Positions 50,211 to 63,228 of a stretch of DNA of 64,000 nucleotides are shown in pieces (the first letter of the stretch is position 1; each line of letters opens with the position of its first letter). The notes beneath the pieces were generated by a model. It worked only from the letters and a program-made list of their open reading frames with translations. It had not been told where the DNA came from and did no database searches. Origin of the DNA: Podarcis filfolensis (taxonomy: Eukaryota); assembly GCA_964270895.1 (NCBI GenBank), contig OZ185441.1; one strand, given 5' to 3'. The position numbers and the translations under genes are program-made.

Positions 50211-50298
50211 GGCTGCAACCGTTTACCCTTACCTGGAAGGAAGCTTCATTGACCTCAGTGAGACTTACTTCTGAGTCAACATTTATAGCATTGTCCCA
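50211..50298. mobile_element. ~90-bp Harbinger-like MITE in OSR2 intron (forward orientation)
   Basis: tta|ggctgcaacc...cttacctgg...gacttacttctgagt...cattgtccca|tta. Further diverged copies at ~20195, 34490, 35846, 36055, 43271, 50850, 51215, 51350, 51714, 59887, 62707 and 63802. Confidence 0.75.
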
Positions 50299-50382
50299 TT
50301 AGTATAATTTCCCCCCAGATACTTGAGCTACCCAGAGACTACTGCTAACTGTTATGGCTCTTTCTGTGTCTACACATACTGA

Positions 50383-50595
<213 letters not shown>

Positions 50596-52134
50596 TAAGT
50601 AAAGACATGTAACTGTACCAGAGGAGTGGTGTTGATGGTTATTTAAATTAGATAATTTATCCACTACTGACCTCCACTTCGTTTCATTGTGCAGAAAATA
50701 TGACACAGTCTGAACTTTTATTTCAGTTGTTCAGAGTCATTTAATTCATTTTTGGGGGGTGTAAATTGTCTTGACTCATTCTTTATGGTAAAGAAAATAA
50801 GCACACTGGGATCTTAGAAGGATTAAAGAAGCCTGCAGAAGTTGTTTATGGTTGTGTTCCAATGCACAATTACTTGAGAGTAAGTCACGTTGAATTTAAC
50901 AGGATTTTATTCTGAGTAAACGTGTGTTGGTTTGAACATCAGTTCATTTAAGACTTGCATATTCCATAGCTGGAAAAGATTCTTTGGGAAGTCTGACACT
51001 TCTGAAGCAGATGAAATGTATGCTCTGTTTTTAACAGCTCAGATTAAAAAAGACTTGCTTTGTGGAAAGCTTTTCACTGATAGAGATGATGCAAGTATCC
51101 CTGGGAAGCTGGGTGGATTAGCAAGAAGCATTTTTCAGTAGATCCTAGAGATGGGGAAATGTGATGAAGTGAGGATTGTCCTTGACAGGCAAGAAGATAT
51201 ATCCCTGCTGTTAAGGCTGTAATCTTAAGCACACTTACTGGGGAGTTAGTTCCAGTGAGCTCAGCTGGACTGACTTCCGACTAAATGTCTATAAGGATCA
51301 GGCTGCAAAGAATTGTGATCTTGTACCTACAGCAGATACATGAGCTACCCCTGCCACCCCCCCAAATGCATTTACTGGGAAGTAAACTGTTAATAAGTTC
51401 AGTAGAACTTGTCTTCAAGTAGGGCTGAACTCCTAAGCATACTTGTTTCCTCCCTCTTTGTTTATTTTTATCTTCATAACAACCTTGTGCAGTAGGTTAG
51501 CTAGAGATATAGGGGATTGGCAGAAGTTCACCTGGTGAGCTTTCTGGCCGAAGAAGAATACGAATCCACATCTCGCTGGTCCAATCCAAGCTTATATGTA
51601 CTATCCCTGACAAGCTCTCTATTTTATTTTTAGAGACCTACTTCCAGTTAAATGTGCTTATGACTGGGCAGCAAGCATGCTAGGATCCTCACCTTACTTT
51701 CAGGACTCTAATCATCTTCAAATTTATGGATATTTACTTTGGAGTAAATCCCACTGAATGCCATAGGATTTACCTCTAAGTAAACACACATAGGATCAGG
51801 CTACAAATGCACATACAGCCTAATCCTGTTTTGGGTTTATTTGTTGTTGTTTTTTAAAATAACTAAGAAGTGAACATTGTTTTCCGTGGTGTTTACTGCC
51901 CATTTAAATGTGCCTAGAATTGCAGCCTTATGTGGAAACCACTTCCATGGCATTTAGGCCTGAGAAGGGGCACTTAGGATTTGTGAAGATTTATTTCCCG
52001 CTATGGCATGGGTGTTTTGAAGGGTAACGAAACTGGGGAGGGTGTGTGCATATAACAAGAGACGTTTTGAGAAACTCAGTAAACCAGGTAGTTTGTAAAG
52101 GGTTTAATCCTTTGCTTGCTTCAAATCTGAACAG

Positions 52135-52175
52135 GAATCTCCACACAAATGCCCCACATGTGGAAGAACCTTTAA
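52135..52175 (+). CDS. OSR2: OSR2 last coding exon, visible part only (ESPHKCPTCGRTF(N)), start of finger 4; remainder in N gap
   Basis: acag|GAA TCT CCA CAC AAA TGC CCC ACA TGT GGA AGA ACC TTT AA, then Ns. Matches the five-finger (OSR2A-type) C-terminus. Confidence 0.93.
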
Positions 52176-52331
52176 NNNNNNNNNNNNNNNNNNNNNNNNN
52201 NNNNNNNNNNNNNNNNNNNNNNNNNNNNNNNNNNNNNNNNNNNNNNNNNNNNNNNNNNNNNNNNNNNNNNNNNNNNNNNNNNNNNNNNNNNNNNNNNNNN
52301 NNNNNNNNNNNNNNNNNNNNNNNNNNNNNNN
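52176..52331. other. Assembly gap (156 N) inside OSR2 last exon
   Basis: Run of N in the sequence. Confidence 1.
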
Positions 52332-53439
52332 AGCTAACTCTGGCTCAAAGGACTTGAACTGTAGAGAAATCTTTAAGCCCATGCACATGTGGACAGATGT
52401 ATGCAGGGCCCCATCCTCTCTCCCTTGGCTCCTGCCAAAAGCAGCTGGGGTGGGCAGCACAGGGGAAGTGACAGCAGCCCCAAGCTGCTTTCTTCGGCCC
52501 AAGAGCACCTCTTGTAGATAATAACATCGCAGCTCATTTTAGAGCTCTGTACAGAAACTATGGCGTCATGTGTGTTTGTGTACTTCCTTTTTTTTTTTTG
52601 TCTTACCAAATGCACATTGGTAACAAGGACAACGAGAGTGAAATAATATTTTTAAAAAGTGTATTGCAAAGTAAACCAGTTTCCTCCCCCCCCCCCAACT
52701 CTCTCACGTTTGATAATTAATGATTCCACGGACAGTGTGGTTATTCAGTCCTTCTTTCCGTGTTGGTTAAAAAGCAGGAGAGTACGGTAACTGAAAGGTA
52801 AATGGCGTTTCTACTTAAGCTGGGTTGTTTGGCTTCTTTTTTTTGTAAGAACGGTTTTGATTTCTAAATATCGTCTGTACGTTTGTAAAAGGGATCTACA
52901 TTTTCAAGTGTTTTAATGGTGCAATCCTTTGCATGTTTATTCAGAAGTGAACTATTATTAAGAACAGTTGGACCTCAAGATCAGTTTAATAGTACACCTC
53001 AAGACATGAATCCTCTTGAGTTAAGCGCACTTGTGTTATATAGGATTTAATTTTAGGTAATGGATTTAAAGGTGCATATTGGGCACTAAGCCTCATTGAG
53101 CAAATATACAGGGGAAAACACTGCAGAACTGCCATTTCTTTACTTGAGAAGACATTTTACAAGCGTGCATACGCACAAAACATTTAAAGTACACCCCAAA
53201 GAATTCTGGGGACTGTAGTTTTTAAGGGTGCTGGACTTTGTAGCCCTGTGAAGGGCTAAACTACAGTTCCCATGAGTCTTATTTTTTGGGGGGGCGTTAA
53301 ATGTATGGTATGAATGGCACGCATAGGGCCAGGCTGCATTAAATCTGTAATGCAAAAAGCAAGCAAACCGGGTAGCTTTCCTTAAAACGTTAGCACGTTT
53401 ACCTATATATTTCCTCTCCTACTATTCCCCATGCAAAGC

Positions 53440-54200
53440 TGAGAGAAAGAGAAACGGCAGGACGGGTGGTGGGCTGGCTGGGAAAGGCTTCAGAATCCTA
53501 AACCCTGAAGTTATTTATTAGTAACTTATTGGCAATCGAGCCTCAGAAGCAATAATCAGCTCTTCTCTACAGATTGCCTGAGATAGCGCCCCTGCTTAGA
53601 CTTTGAACGCGGGCGGCGATTTGCCCAGTTTGAGACAGGGACTTTACACCGCCCAAGACGAGGCAGCGGGCCTGGCAGCTCCCTCGAAAACAAATACAGC
53701 GCGGTGGGGTGGGGAGGAAGGACCCTGCCCCCTCCAACCCTCCAGGCAGTCGAGCGGGGCTCCGCGGGGCCGCATCCGACGAGGCTGCCCAGGGGGAGCA
53801 CGCGGGAGCCACACGATCGCCAAGGCGCAGCAGCGGTGCTCGCGCAGAGCGCACGGGGTTTGCCGTGGGGAAAGGGAGCCCGTTTCCAAAAACGAGGATC
53901 GGGGCGGAGGGAATCGGCGATCACGAAGCGGAGGAAGGGATGCAAAGCGAGCACAACGGCAGCTGCCGAGGGAAGCCAAGCTGACAGCTCCGGGCAAACG
54001 CCTCTAGGCGGAAGGCTGCCAAGATGCGCTCTGGCCGGCTTCCCGCGCTGGGAAACACGCGGCGGCGGTGGAGAGAGAGCTCGAGGGAGCCTCGGCTCTG
54101 CCCGGGAAAGGCGGAGAGGTGGAGGGTCTGGTTGCTAATGGGTAGATCTGGGTTGTTATCGAAGGTGAGTTTTCTGAGGCGGGTCCTTCTATATTCCTAA
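53440..54200. promoter_or_regulatory. CpG island downstream of OSR2
   Basis: Sharply bounded GC- and CpG-rich block about 1.1 kb after the gap. Confidence 0.65.
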
Positions 54201-54303
54201 GAATAGATTCGGTTGCACTGCATAGCATTTCCCCCTAAAACATGTGCTGCGGTTACTTGTTCCAGCAACTATAGTATAGCAAAGTTATCAATACAGGCCT
54301 AGA

Positions 54304-54432
54304 CATGGGCGCAGCCAGGGGGAGCAGTCCTTTTGTTAGAGGGGGAGAGCCTCAGTTAGCTATTTATTTTTTAATATATATATATATTACTTGGGGGGTA
54401 GCTGCTCCTCCCTGCCCCCCCCTACACTCATG
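54304..54432. mobile_element. hAT-type MITE
   Basis: ggcctaga|catgggcgcagccaggggg ... cccccctacactcatg|ggcccaga: 8-bp TSD with 1 mismatch. Confidence 0.7.
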
Positions 54433-57400
54433 GGCCCAGAAGCCCCCTGTGGAAGGGAGGGGTAACCAAAGCAGCTGTGTTGGATCTGGGTGCCAAATTT
54501 AAGGGCCTCACAGCCTGGATGTCCCCAAATGACCATCCAGAGAGCGACCAATGTTGGGGGCAGAAGCATCCAGGCCCCACATAAGTACCTGGACTGGCAT
54601 CTGGGCACGTGGGCCTACGCTGATTGGCACAGCATCTTTTTTCTAAAAAATAAATCCCACATTTTATAGTTGGGTGGGGTTGATGGCCATGTCTCACTCT
54701 GACCAGGCTAACAGATGCCTATTTTATAATTTTTATTTTAAATGCACACAAAGTGGTTATTATTCTCAAGTGAATGTGCTTTTTACCAGATGCAGAAGCA
54801 AACCCCATTTTGTTCAGGATGGTGCTATGATTTAAGCGAGTTTAAAAGGAGAAACTCCATGTGTTCAGAGTATTCCCCACCCCATCACGGTTGGCAAACT
54901 TTTTTATTTGCTCTAATGTATCAGGAATGCAGAAGCAGCTGTAAAACATGAAGTGATGGAGGAAGTAGAGTAATGTTAATTTTGTGCTTCACAACCAAAA
55001 TAATACACGTAAAGGAGGGAAAGGTTGTAAGACCACTGAGTCTGGGGACTAAAATTTCTGAGCTGTATGGGAGGCTGGGGGAAGGCCAAAGGGATTTGGG
55101 CCTTTGACATGCATATGTAAACTCATCTGACATATGTATAACCATATAGGTCTACTCTACACATTCTGAAGTGGCAGCAAGAAGGGATTGCTACCTATAT
55201 ACATGAAGCTGCCTCATCCTGAGTCAGGCCATTGGACCATCAAGTGGATTGTCTACACTGAAAATTGAAACTGGAGTTTTTTCCAATCCCACCTGGACAT
55301 GCTGGCTGAAAAACCAGGGACCTTCTGCACACAAATTATGCATTCTCCAACTGAGCTAATGCTTATCTGTTTTTTTCCTTTAAAAAAAAATTCTCTGAAA
55401 CTCGAAATCTCGCACAACGATGAAGCAGGATAGAATACACGTCTCCCTAGTCTGATATGTTTTTGCTTTCAGATTTTTAGAGTGTGGTGGTGGTCATGTA
55501 AAGTATGGGAGCATATAAAAATGGCACACACACACACACACAACTGCAGTCTCAAAAAATGCTAAGTGTTCTGCCACCTCATTCTGCTGCAGGTGTAGAC
55601 CAGGGCCCAGTGTGAAGAACCACTGAGTTGTCCCAAAATCTAGGTGCTTCTGTGAAACGATGCCATGAGATCTGAAAGACATCAGTATGTGACATTGCTG
55701 CAAATTGGTGAGGATAAGATGTGGTTACTCAGTAATGAGGGGGGAGGCTATTCACGTGCTCAGAATACTGTATTATGACTTCACATGCTCCAAAGCTGAG
55801 CCATAGTGTGGAAAAAGAAAGGCTGGCTTGGAGCCCTGTCTCAGATTAAGTATAATAGTCACAGGGTCAGTAAAATGTTACAAGCCAATGTTCCCAAGGT
55901 GGGGTTTCAGCTTTGGCGTGACACACTCAGAAGCTCATATAGTAGCTACATAACTGACACTGCTTTCTCCCTGCAAGTGCATTATTTTACAGAGTGACCC
56001 TGCAAACACTACCACTGTTGCCAGTGAATATGTTTGCCGTATCTCCATATTATAGTTTTAACCCAAACGTGTGAAGCATTTTACATTTACACTTTAAAAA
56101 CTTAAGCAGGAACCCCAAGGCAACTCTTTCCCTCCACACCCAACATTTCAGACCACATTTACTTATTTCTTAGGTGCTATATAGAAGACATTAAAGGTAA
56201 GCACAACAATATCACTTAAAATGCAATGTGTTGGGACTGTTTAATCCTGGATATAGTCAGCCTTTGAACGTTGGCCATTGAAATCTCTTCTTTGCCCATG
56301 AAAACATCAAAGAATATCGTTGCATCCAAACTAAGCTGCTCTGTAGTTCCACTGAAATCAACAGGAGTAGACTCTGTGACAGCTAAATTGTCAGAAAACG
56401 TGATGAACAATCTGGATCCAACAGATTTCTCCTCCTTCACTAATCTAGTTCTCTCCCTCTCTGTAGATATTGATTCCTATGTTCAGCCTGCATTTGAGGA
56501 GTTAATAAATATAATGGTATAAAAGAGAAGGAACATTTGTACTCAATATCTTCTTTAGCGTGGGTGTTATGTAATAGCCTTGAGGACAGACTTGTATACT
56601 TGGCAAAGCACCTTGACACGAGCAGAATGGAGCTGTCTTCTCTGTGCAGTTTGCTGTTTCATTTACAACACTAGGTTTACAAGGCTTATGTTTGTAATGC
56701 TGACCTAAACATTTAAAACTCACACAAGACCATTCAAGTGCCCTTTGCTAAAAATATTCACACAGCTGGGAGCAGCAGTTCTATGAAGCGCGAAGAATGG
56801 GCCACTCATCCCCTGTAAAATAAATTTTTTGCATAATCCTAAAATATGGACCTTTAGAATACATGTTACCAATTTTAATCACAATTGTATGCTATACGGG
56901 GAGACAGGTAGCAGAGCATTTCCTTCAGCATCCCTGGTAAAAATGGAGGGCAGGACCCAAATCTGATGATGGAAAATTATTACTATTATTTGCCCACACT
57001 TTACACTAAGGTCCCCGGATAGGTTACAACATCTTGGGGGGGGGTATTTTCAGCCCCCAGAAATGGGTGAGAAATGTTGGGTGGACCTGGAATGTTTTGA
57101 ATTTGGAATAGGGAAGGAGAGTCTCACTATGGGAACAAACAGCAGTGGTTTCGTCTCCCCACCTAAAAAAATGTATAAAATATATATTTGTTGCTCCCTG
57201 TGATAGTGGCAGCTGAAGAGTTCTTCTCAGCAGTCACCAAGAAAAGCTATGCAAAAAATGCATTTTAACATTTTTTTCGAGAAAGGAAAGCACTGTCCCC
57301 TGCTGCTAAAATTTCCCACAAAACCAGAGGGGGTAGTCCCACTCCTTGACAATCTACAAATCCCACCCCTCAAGCCTGCCACTTTTTAGTATAGTGGTGT

Positions 57401-58514
57401 GATGGAGTAATTCATTTCAGCCCCAGTGCAGTCAGGGGGATTCCAGAGGAGTATTGGTACAGATTATGAAACATTTCACGGTGCTCCCCCTTTCTATTCT
57501 AATGCTCCATGAAAGTAACACATAGGGGAGCAGCTAAAACTCTTTAAGAAAAAGCAATCTGAAACTGACAAGTTTTAAAGGCATCCTTAAATGCTTATAA
57601 ATAGGAGGCTAGGCACAATTAAGTGGAGAGGGGATTCCATAGCTATGGGGCCACCACAGGGAAGCTCCTGTCTCTCAGGCCTGCAAACTTCATTGATCTT
57701 ACTAAATGTTGCATTGTCTTCAACAGGCAAGTAAGAGCAGATATTGCACAGCACATATGACAATGGAATGCTCATATATTCACTCAGGTTTCAGTTTAAA
57801 CCACTTTAGAATGTCGGTAGGATGGCTGTTTTCCATGAAAGAAAACATCCTTGCACATAGAAAACTAATGTGTCACAGAGAGGGCTGGAGGGGGAGAGTG
57901 ACTCAAACCTCTCTAGTTGATGTTTTGTGTTCTGAGGAGTTAGTCAGTTATATTATAGGAAACAGTATTCCATCAGGGAGCCACCACCTGGAATCTGAAA
58001 TAGTACAACTAGACCCAAGTTTGCTATTTCAATGGGCTCAAGGATAGGACTGCACTAAGTCATGCTGTTTGAAAAATGCAGAGCAATTTGTCCTTGACAA
58101 TCACTCCATAACCATGGAGAGCAGTCATCCGGGATGAATGGTGCAACCCGCCTTAACAAGTGCTTCCAGCTAATGGATGAAGCTAATTTTCTGTGTCCTG
58201 AAAGAGAGAGGTTAAAAATTAAGAACCAGAACAGCAGGCCTGCGGCTTTATCACACTGAAGTGAAAAAGAAAAGCAGTGACACAGGCTATCTCATAGCTG
58301 GATATAGAGTACCCAAACAGTGCAACTATACATGACAAGGAACCAAATCAGTCTCAAAAAGAATATATTGAACCGGTGGGCTATTGAATGAATTATCCAA
58401 ACAGAGAAGCAGCATATCTACTTTAAATGTGAATTCAATACTATTAATTCTAAAGTGAGAAAGATTAGCAGCTGTAGCAGAATCACACTTCTGCCAAATT
58501 ATAAAAAAAATAAA

Positions 58515-58630
58515 GTGAAGAAGTGTGCATGCACACTTCTGAAGAAGTGTGCATGCACACAAAAGCTCACACCAAGAACTAACTTAGTTGGTCTTTAAGG
58601 TGCTACTGGAAGGAAAAAAAATTTTTGTTT
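58515..58630 (+). mobile_element. Penelope-like terminal-repeat fragment with hammerhead-like core
   Basis: CTGAAGA-a-gtgtgcatgcacac-aaaagctc-acacc...ttagttggtctttaaggtgctac, with a tandem duplication of the stem. Confidence 0.6.
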
Positions 58631-61234
58631 TAAAAAAAATAAAGGTACTGTATGAGTATCAAGGACCTTTAAAACCTCCTGCTGCTACAATTACAGCCCT
58701 ACTAGACAATTTTCAAAAGAGATTTAGTTGGCCTCAAATCTGCTATCAGGCAAGTCAAGATTTCTTGCAGCAGATCTGGGGCACAATTAAAGGAGATAAA
58801 AGTTGTTGGTTCTGGGTGTGGAGTTGGTTAGATTTTCTGTCCCTGGAGTTGAAGCACCTCCTGCTTGGCCCTTTTGGAATGTCACATTCTTTGAGCTGGA
58901 AGCCTTCCTCTGTAATCTGAAGCGTGCTGCAAGCTGTGGTTGCTCAGTGATGACAGGAAATGCATTCTGCCCATGTTTAGAAACACACTTTTCTGAACTA
59001 CCGCTGTGTAGTCTGGTATCTAGTTTTCAGCCTAAAAGTTTCTCCTCTTCCCTGCTCCACTGAAACACACATTTAACAGCAGGCATTCTGAACCAGCAGG
59101 CCAAGTGAAGTTTTATTTTTTCCTCCAAATTCTTCACATCTCTTTGGACCAAACTCTCTTACAATTCAGTGGATCAAAACATGAGTTTGATAGCTTACTC
59201 AGCATGATGCCTGTGTCATTTTAGATCGCTTCTCACACTGTGGGCAATATAAATGACATGAATTTGTTAGGACAGTGGTTTTCAGTCTCTGGTCAATGGA
59301 TCAGGGCCAGCCCACAGACTGCTTGTTGCTGGCAGTAGAGGACTCACAGTTTTTTGCTGCCAGATGGAAACTTCACTTCTTTCTCATTTCTGTACAGTAT
59401 TCTAGTACCAGAGATCAAGCACTCAATATCCTAGCACTGGGAATCTGAACCAGCCTCTATTGATTGGCTGGACTGCAGCAACACGTTTTCTCTCATTAAA
59501 GAGGACCACTGCTGTATGGGGAGAGTGTCTAAGATAGGGATGGTTGACTATGTCAATTTCAGTTTCTAGTTATTCTACACTTAAGTTCAGAATAATTTTT
59601 GCATCAGTTTGTGATTTTTATACCAAAAAAAAGAGAACTGGCACAAAAGTTCATACACATTTTCCTGTGCATTTCTCAGCAGACCAATAAGTGAGGGAAG
59701 GATTCACTGAGGCCAGGAAGCCTGAAAAACACAGTCATATTTCAATGCCAATGAAGAATCATATCCAGTCCTCGTCCTACTCAGACTAGACCCATTGAAA
59801 TGAATGAACATGACTACCTTAGCTTAATTAATCTTAGTAAGTCTACTCTAAGTGAAACTTAGTTGGATACAATCCAAAGGCATTATGGCTGCAACCCTAT
59901 CTTCCTTTACCTGGGAGAAAGTCCCACTGAACTCAATGGCGATTGCTTCCAAGTAGCCATTATAGGACTGGACTGTTTAAGGCTTACAGAGATAAATGAT
60001 GGAACTTGGCTGGAATTCCTACTGGAATAGGATACTAACACCTTTTGCCTACTGTCATTTTACATTGAGACCTCAATAAAACTCCACTGCTTAAGCACCA
60101 CCATTTAGAGCAATGCTTTTTTGACATTGAATGCACTGGGTTGCAAAAATATGGTAATATCCTTGTTGCTCATTTAAAGAAAATGGCTTCTGTCTCAAGC
60201 TTCAGTAGCTCTTAATTATGAGGTTAAAAGGTCTCGTCATTTTCCAGTAGTGGGAAACCTTTAATGTTCTGTATGTACACATAAGTGAATGGGGCTGAGT
60301 GATTTTATTTAAAAAAGAGAGGAAAGGTAGCATTTTTCTTAAGAAAAAAATAATCTGTGGTGGTTTACAAGGTGCAATCACTTGACTTGTCAACCGACAT
60401 CCTTTGGAGCATTACTCGCTTGGTGAAAGGGTCAGGATCATTGCCCCAGGTGTTTGGAAGGTGCTTCAAGGTGTGTCAGCATATTCATGTCAATTCTGCA
60501 CCTCTCTGGCATGGATTGAAAAGTACAGTTTCAAAATCTCCCCGTGACCCATTATCTATGGATCACTGATAAGAGAGAATGCAATTGCTCTTGTCTGTCA
60601 TATTCATACAAGTTTGCCTCTGTGCAAAGCAATGCAGCTGCATTTCAACCTTGTATCTGGAGCTTCAAAGCTAGGGCAGAAACGTGTGAATTTATTTACA
60701 GACTGTGCATTAAGCAGTTTCACTTACATTATGCAATGTTTAGACTAGCTGTTGCATAAGTAAGTAAAACAGACTCCAGCTCTAATCCTAAACATATAAT
60801 TTATTTCTCACATGTGCCTCTGCTCCTTTTCCAGTGAACTCTGGGTGCTGCACACTTCGTTAATTTGTCTTATACTCTCAACACCTCAGGGAAGTAGGTT
60901 AAAGAGAAAAAGTAATAGTCACATGTCCAAGGCAATCTAGATTGCTCAAAGTGTAGTAGGGATTTCTCAGCTTCCTGGTTTCCAGGTTTACCCCTTCCTG
61001 GTCTACTGCTTTAACCTAAGGTTGGCCATATGTTGTTGGTTCCAGATGCTGCAGAACTACAACTCCCATCATCCCCCACCATTAGCCATGCTGTCTTGGG
61101 CTAATGGGAACTGGAGTCCGATGAATCTGGAGGGTGCCATGTTGGGTATCCCTGCTGTCACCAGTACTGTACACCACACCAGCATTAAATACTCACTTAC
61201 TTGAAAATCTTATTCAATGGAATTGGGGCTGAAT

Positions 61235-61800
61235 CACATGACCACCTCTGGCATGGTTACTACCTGTGTATGCTCACGGGTACCATGTGCTAAGATGGTC
61301 ATGTAACTCCATGATGGTTCTCAAACCCTCTGGCAGATTGAGATGATGAGACCAACAGTGGATCCAATGGTCAAGAAGGCGGTTTCTGCACATGCTATAG
61401 AGGGAAGTGAGGGGCCGATGGGACTCGTCAACCTGGGAAGATAGCCCATCAAGGAAAAGGAAAACTGATCCTAAGCCTCCACTGCCTTGCAGGACATATT
61501 CGGGAAAAGAAAAGGCTAAGGAATAAACCCTGCAGAAATTTGGAGCAGAGTTCCTATGATGTTTGGATGGCGCTTTGTACAATGTGCCTCCTTCCAGCAA
61601 TTCCTGCAGCCAAGCTGGTGCCAAATGTCTTGCTCTGCTTTCCTTTGGACCACAAAGCCCAGGACCTCCACACACACTGCCTGGGTTTGTGCTCTGGAGA
61701 GGTCACTTTGGTGCTGCGAATGCAGTGGTTTGACTTCACTCCCAAAGGAGCACTTCATTTTCTCTAGAGAAAGATGGACGCCAGCAACAACTGGTGTCCA
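61235..61800 (+). mobile_element. Non-autonomous RTE-like retroelement (5' UTR-type sequence, short caa tail)
   Basis: aaggaaaaggaaaactga-tcctaagcctcc resembles RTE 5' UTR motifs as I recall them. Ends gatggacgccagcaacaac. No ORF. Classification tentative. Confidence 0.45.
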
Positions 61801-62931
61801 AACAACTCACTTATCGTTGACAGCTCTGCCTTCACTCATAGGCTAAAAACACAGACAGGTGACAGCAGTCAGGCTGGCTCATCTCGCAGTAATCACTTAG
61901 AATAGTATCTACATTATACCCGCCTTTCAGGAGCCCAGCTCAATAGCATTAAGAAGGCTTTTCCGTGGGAATTCCTGGGCCACCTCCCTGCGTAGTACCA
62001 GGAAATATATTCAGTGCTTACCATGCCAATGATGTTTGTGTGACCCATCTCTTCTTCCCATGCAGTTAGTTAGGATCTAGCTATTGTTCCAGTGTGCCAA
62101 CCATCTATGATCATGCTTCACTGCTTCCTTTGAGAGATTGAACCACTGATAAGCTGCACTTGTTACAGTAGTGTTGACAAACATCTTCCTTCAGCCCCAT
62201 GCTAGTAGTGAACAAAATTCAAGCCCACTTTTGACCAACTTGTTTGGTGGCTCCACCTCTTCAAGACTGCTGATATTAGCATTTTCCTTTTACCCGGCTT
62301 TTTTTCCACACTTTCCACGACTCTGAAATGTCTTGTTTTATTTGTTGCTACTCCTTTTGCTGCACACTGCTATTTTGCATTTTGCCTTATAGTGACACAT
62401 CTTGATTTATTGCTCTTGATTGTCGTCAGACACCTTGTGCACCTCAGATTGGAATAACAGCCTCTAGACATGTAAGAAAAATAAAAAATAAAAAGTTGTA
62501 TAAGGATGAAATGGCAGCAACAGCAGGTAATTGCCTTCAAGCTTCATAACCGGAACACTTCTACTCTGTGGATAAAAAGTCATATCACTGAATACCTTGC
62601 ACTGTCAGAAATGCATATAGAAACTCTGGCCACATCTAAGCAAGGCCCATTGAATCACTCAGCTTCTTTGGTCTCTTCACTACAAGGTGCCAAGTTGCCC
62701 CACTCTGGCTGCAATCCTGTGCACACTTACCTGGGAGTAAGCACCATTGAACACCCAGTGGGACTTACTTTCAAGTAAGCATTCAAAATAATTGGACTGC
62801 ACAACTTGATTGCTGGTAGCAATAAAGAGCCATGATGTCAGTGTACAGATCTATGTAAGCAGCTGCCTTTTAAAAGTCAGACTCCTTGTCAATTTCCCCA
62901 TATTGTGTGCTTTCTTTGTGTTCCTCCTCTG

Positions 62932-63228
62932 CGAGAGGTCAGGAAAATGGCAGCATGAAAACAGGCCTTTTCTGCAGTGGCACCGTGCTTGTGGAATGCT
63001 TTCCCCAGGGAGGCTTGCCTGGTGCCTTTGTTCCATATCTTTAGGTGCCAGGTGAAAACATTCCTCTTCTCCGAGATCTTTGGCTATTTAAACAATCGAT
63101 GGCTTTTTAAAGTGTGTGTGTGAGGGGTATTGTTTTTGTTTGTTACTATGGTATGTATTGTTGCATTTTTATATTGTAAATTGTCCTGTGATCCTTGGAA
63201 TAAGGGTGGTATAGAAATTTAAACAACA
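62932..63228 (+). mobile_element. L2-clade LINE 3' end (older)
   Basis: ggccttttctgcagtggcacc...tgtggaatgct...gtgaaaacattcctctt...gggtggtatagaaat. An inverse, internally deleted relative lies at ~10800-11032, with other fragments at ~4290-4635 and ~26880-27300. Confidence 0.7.
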
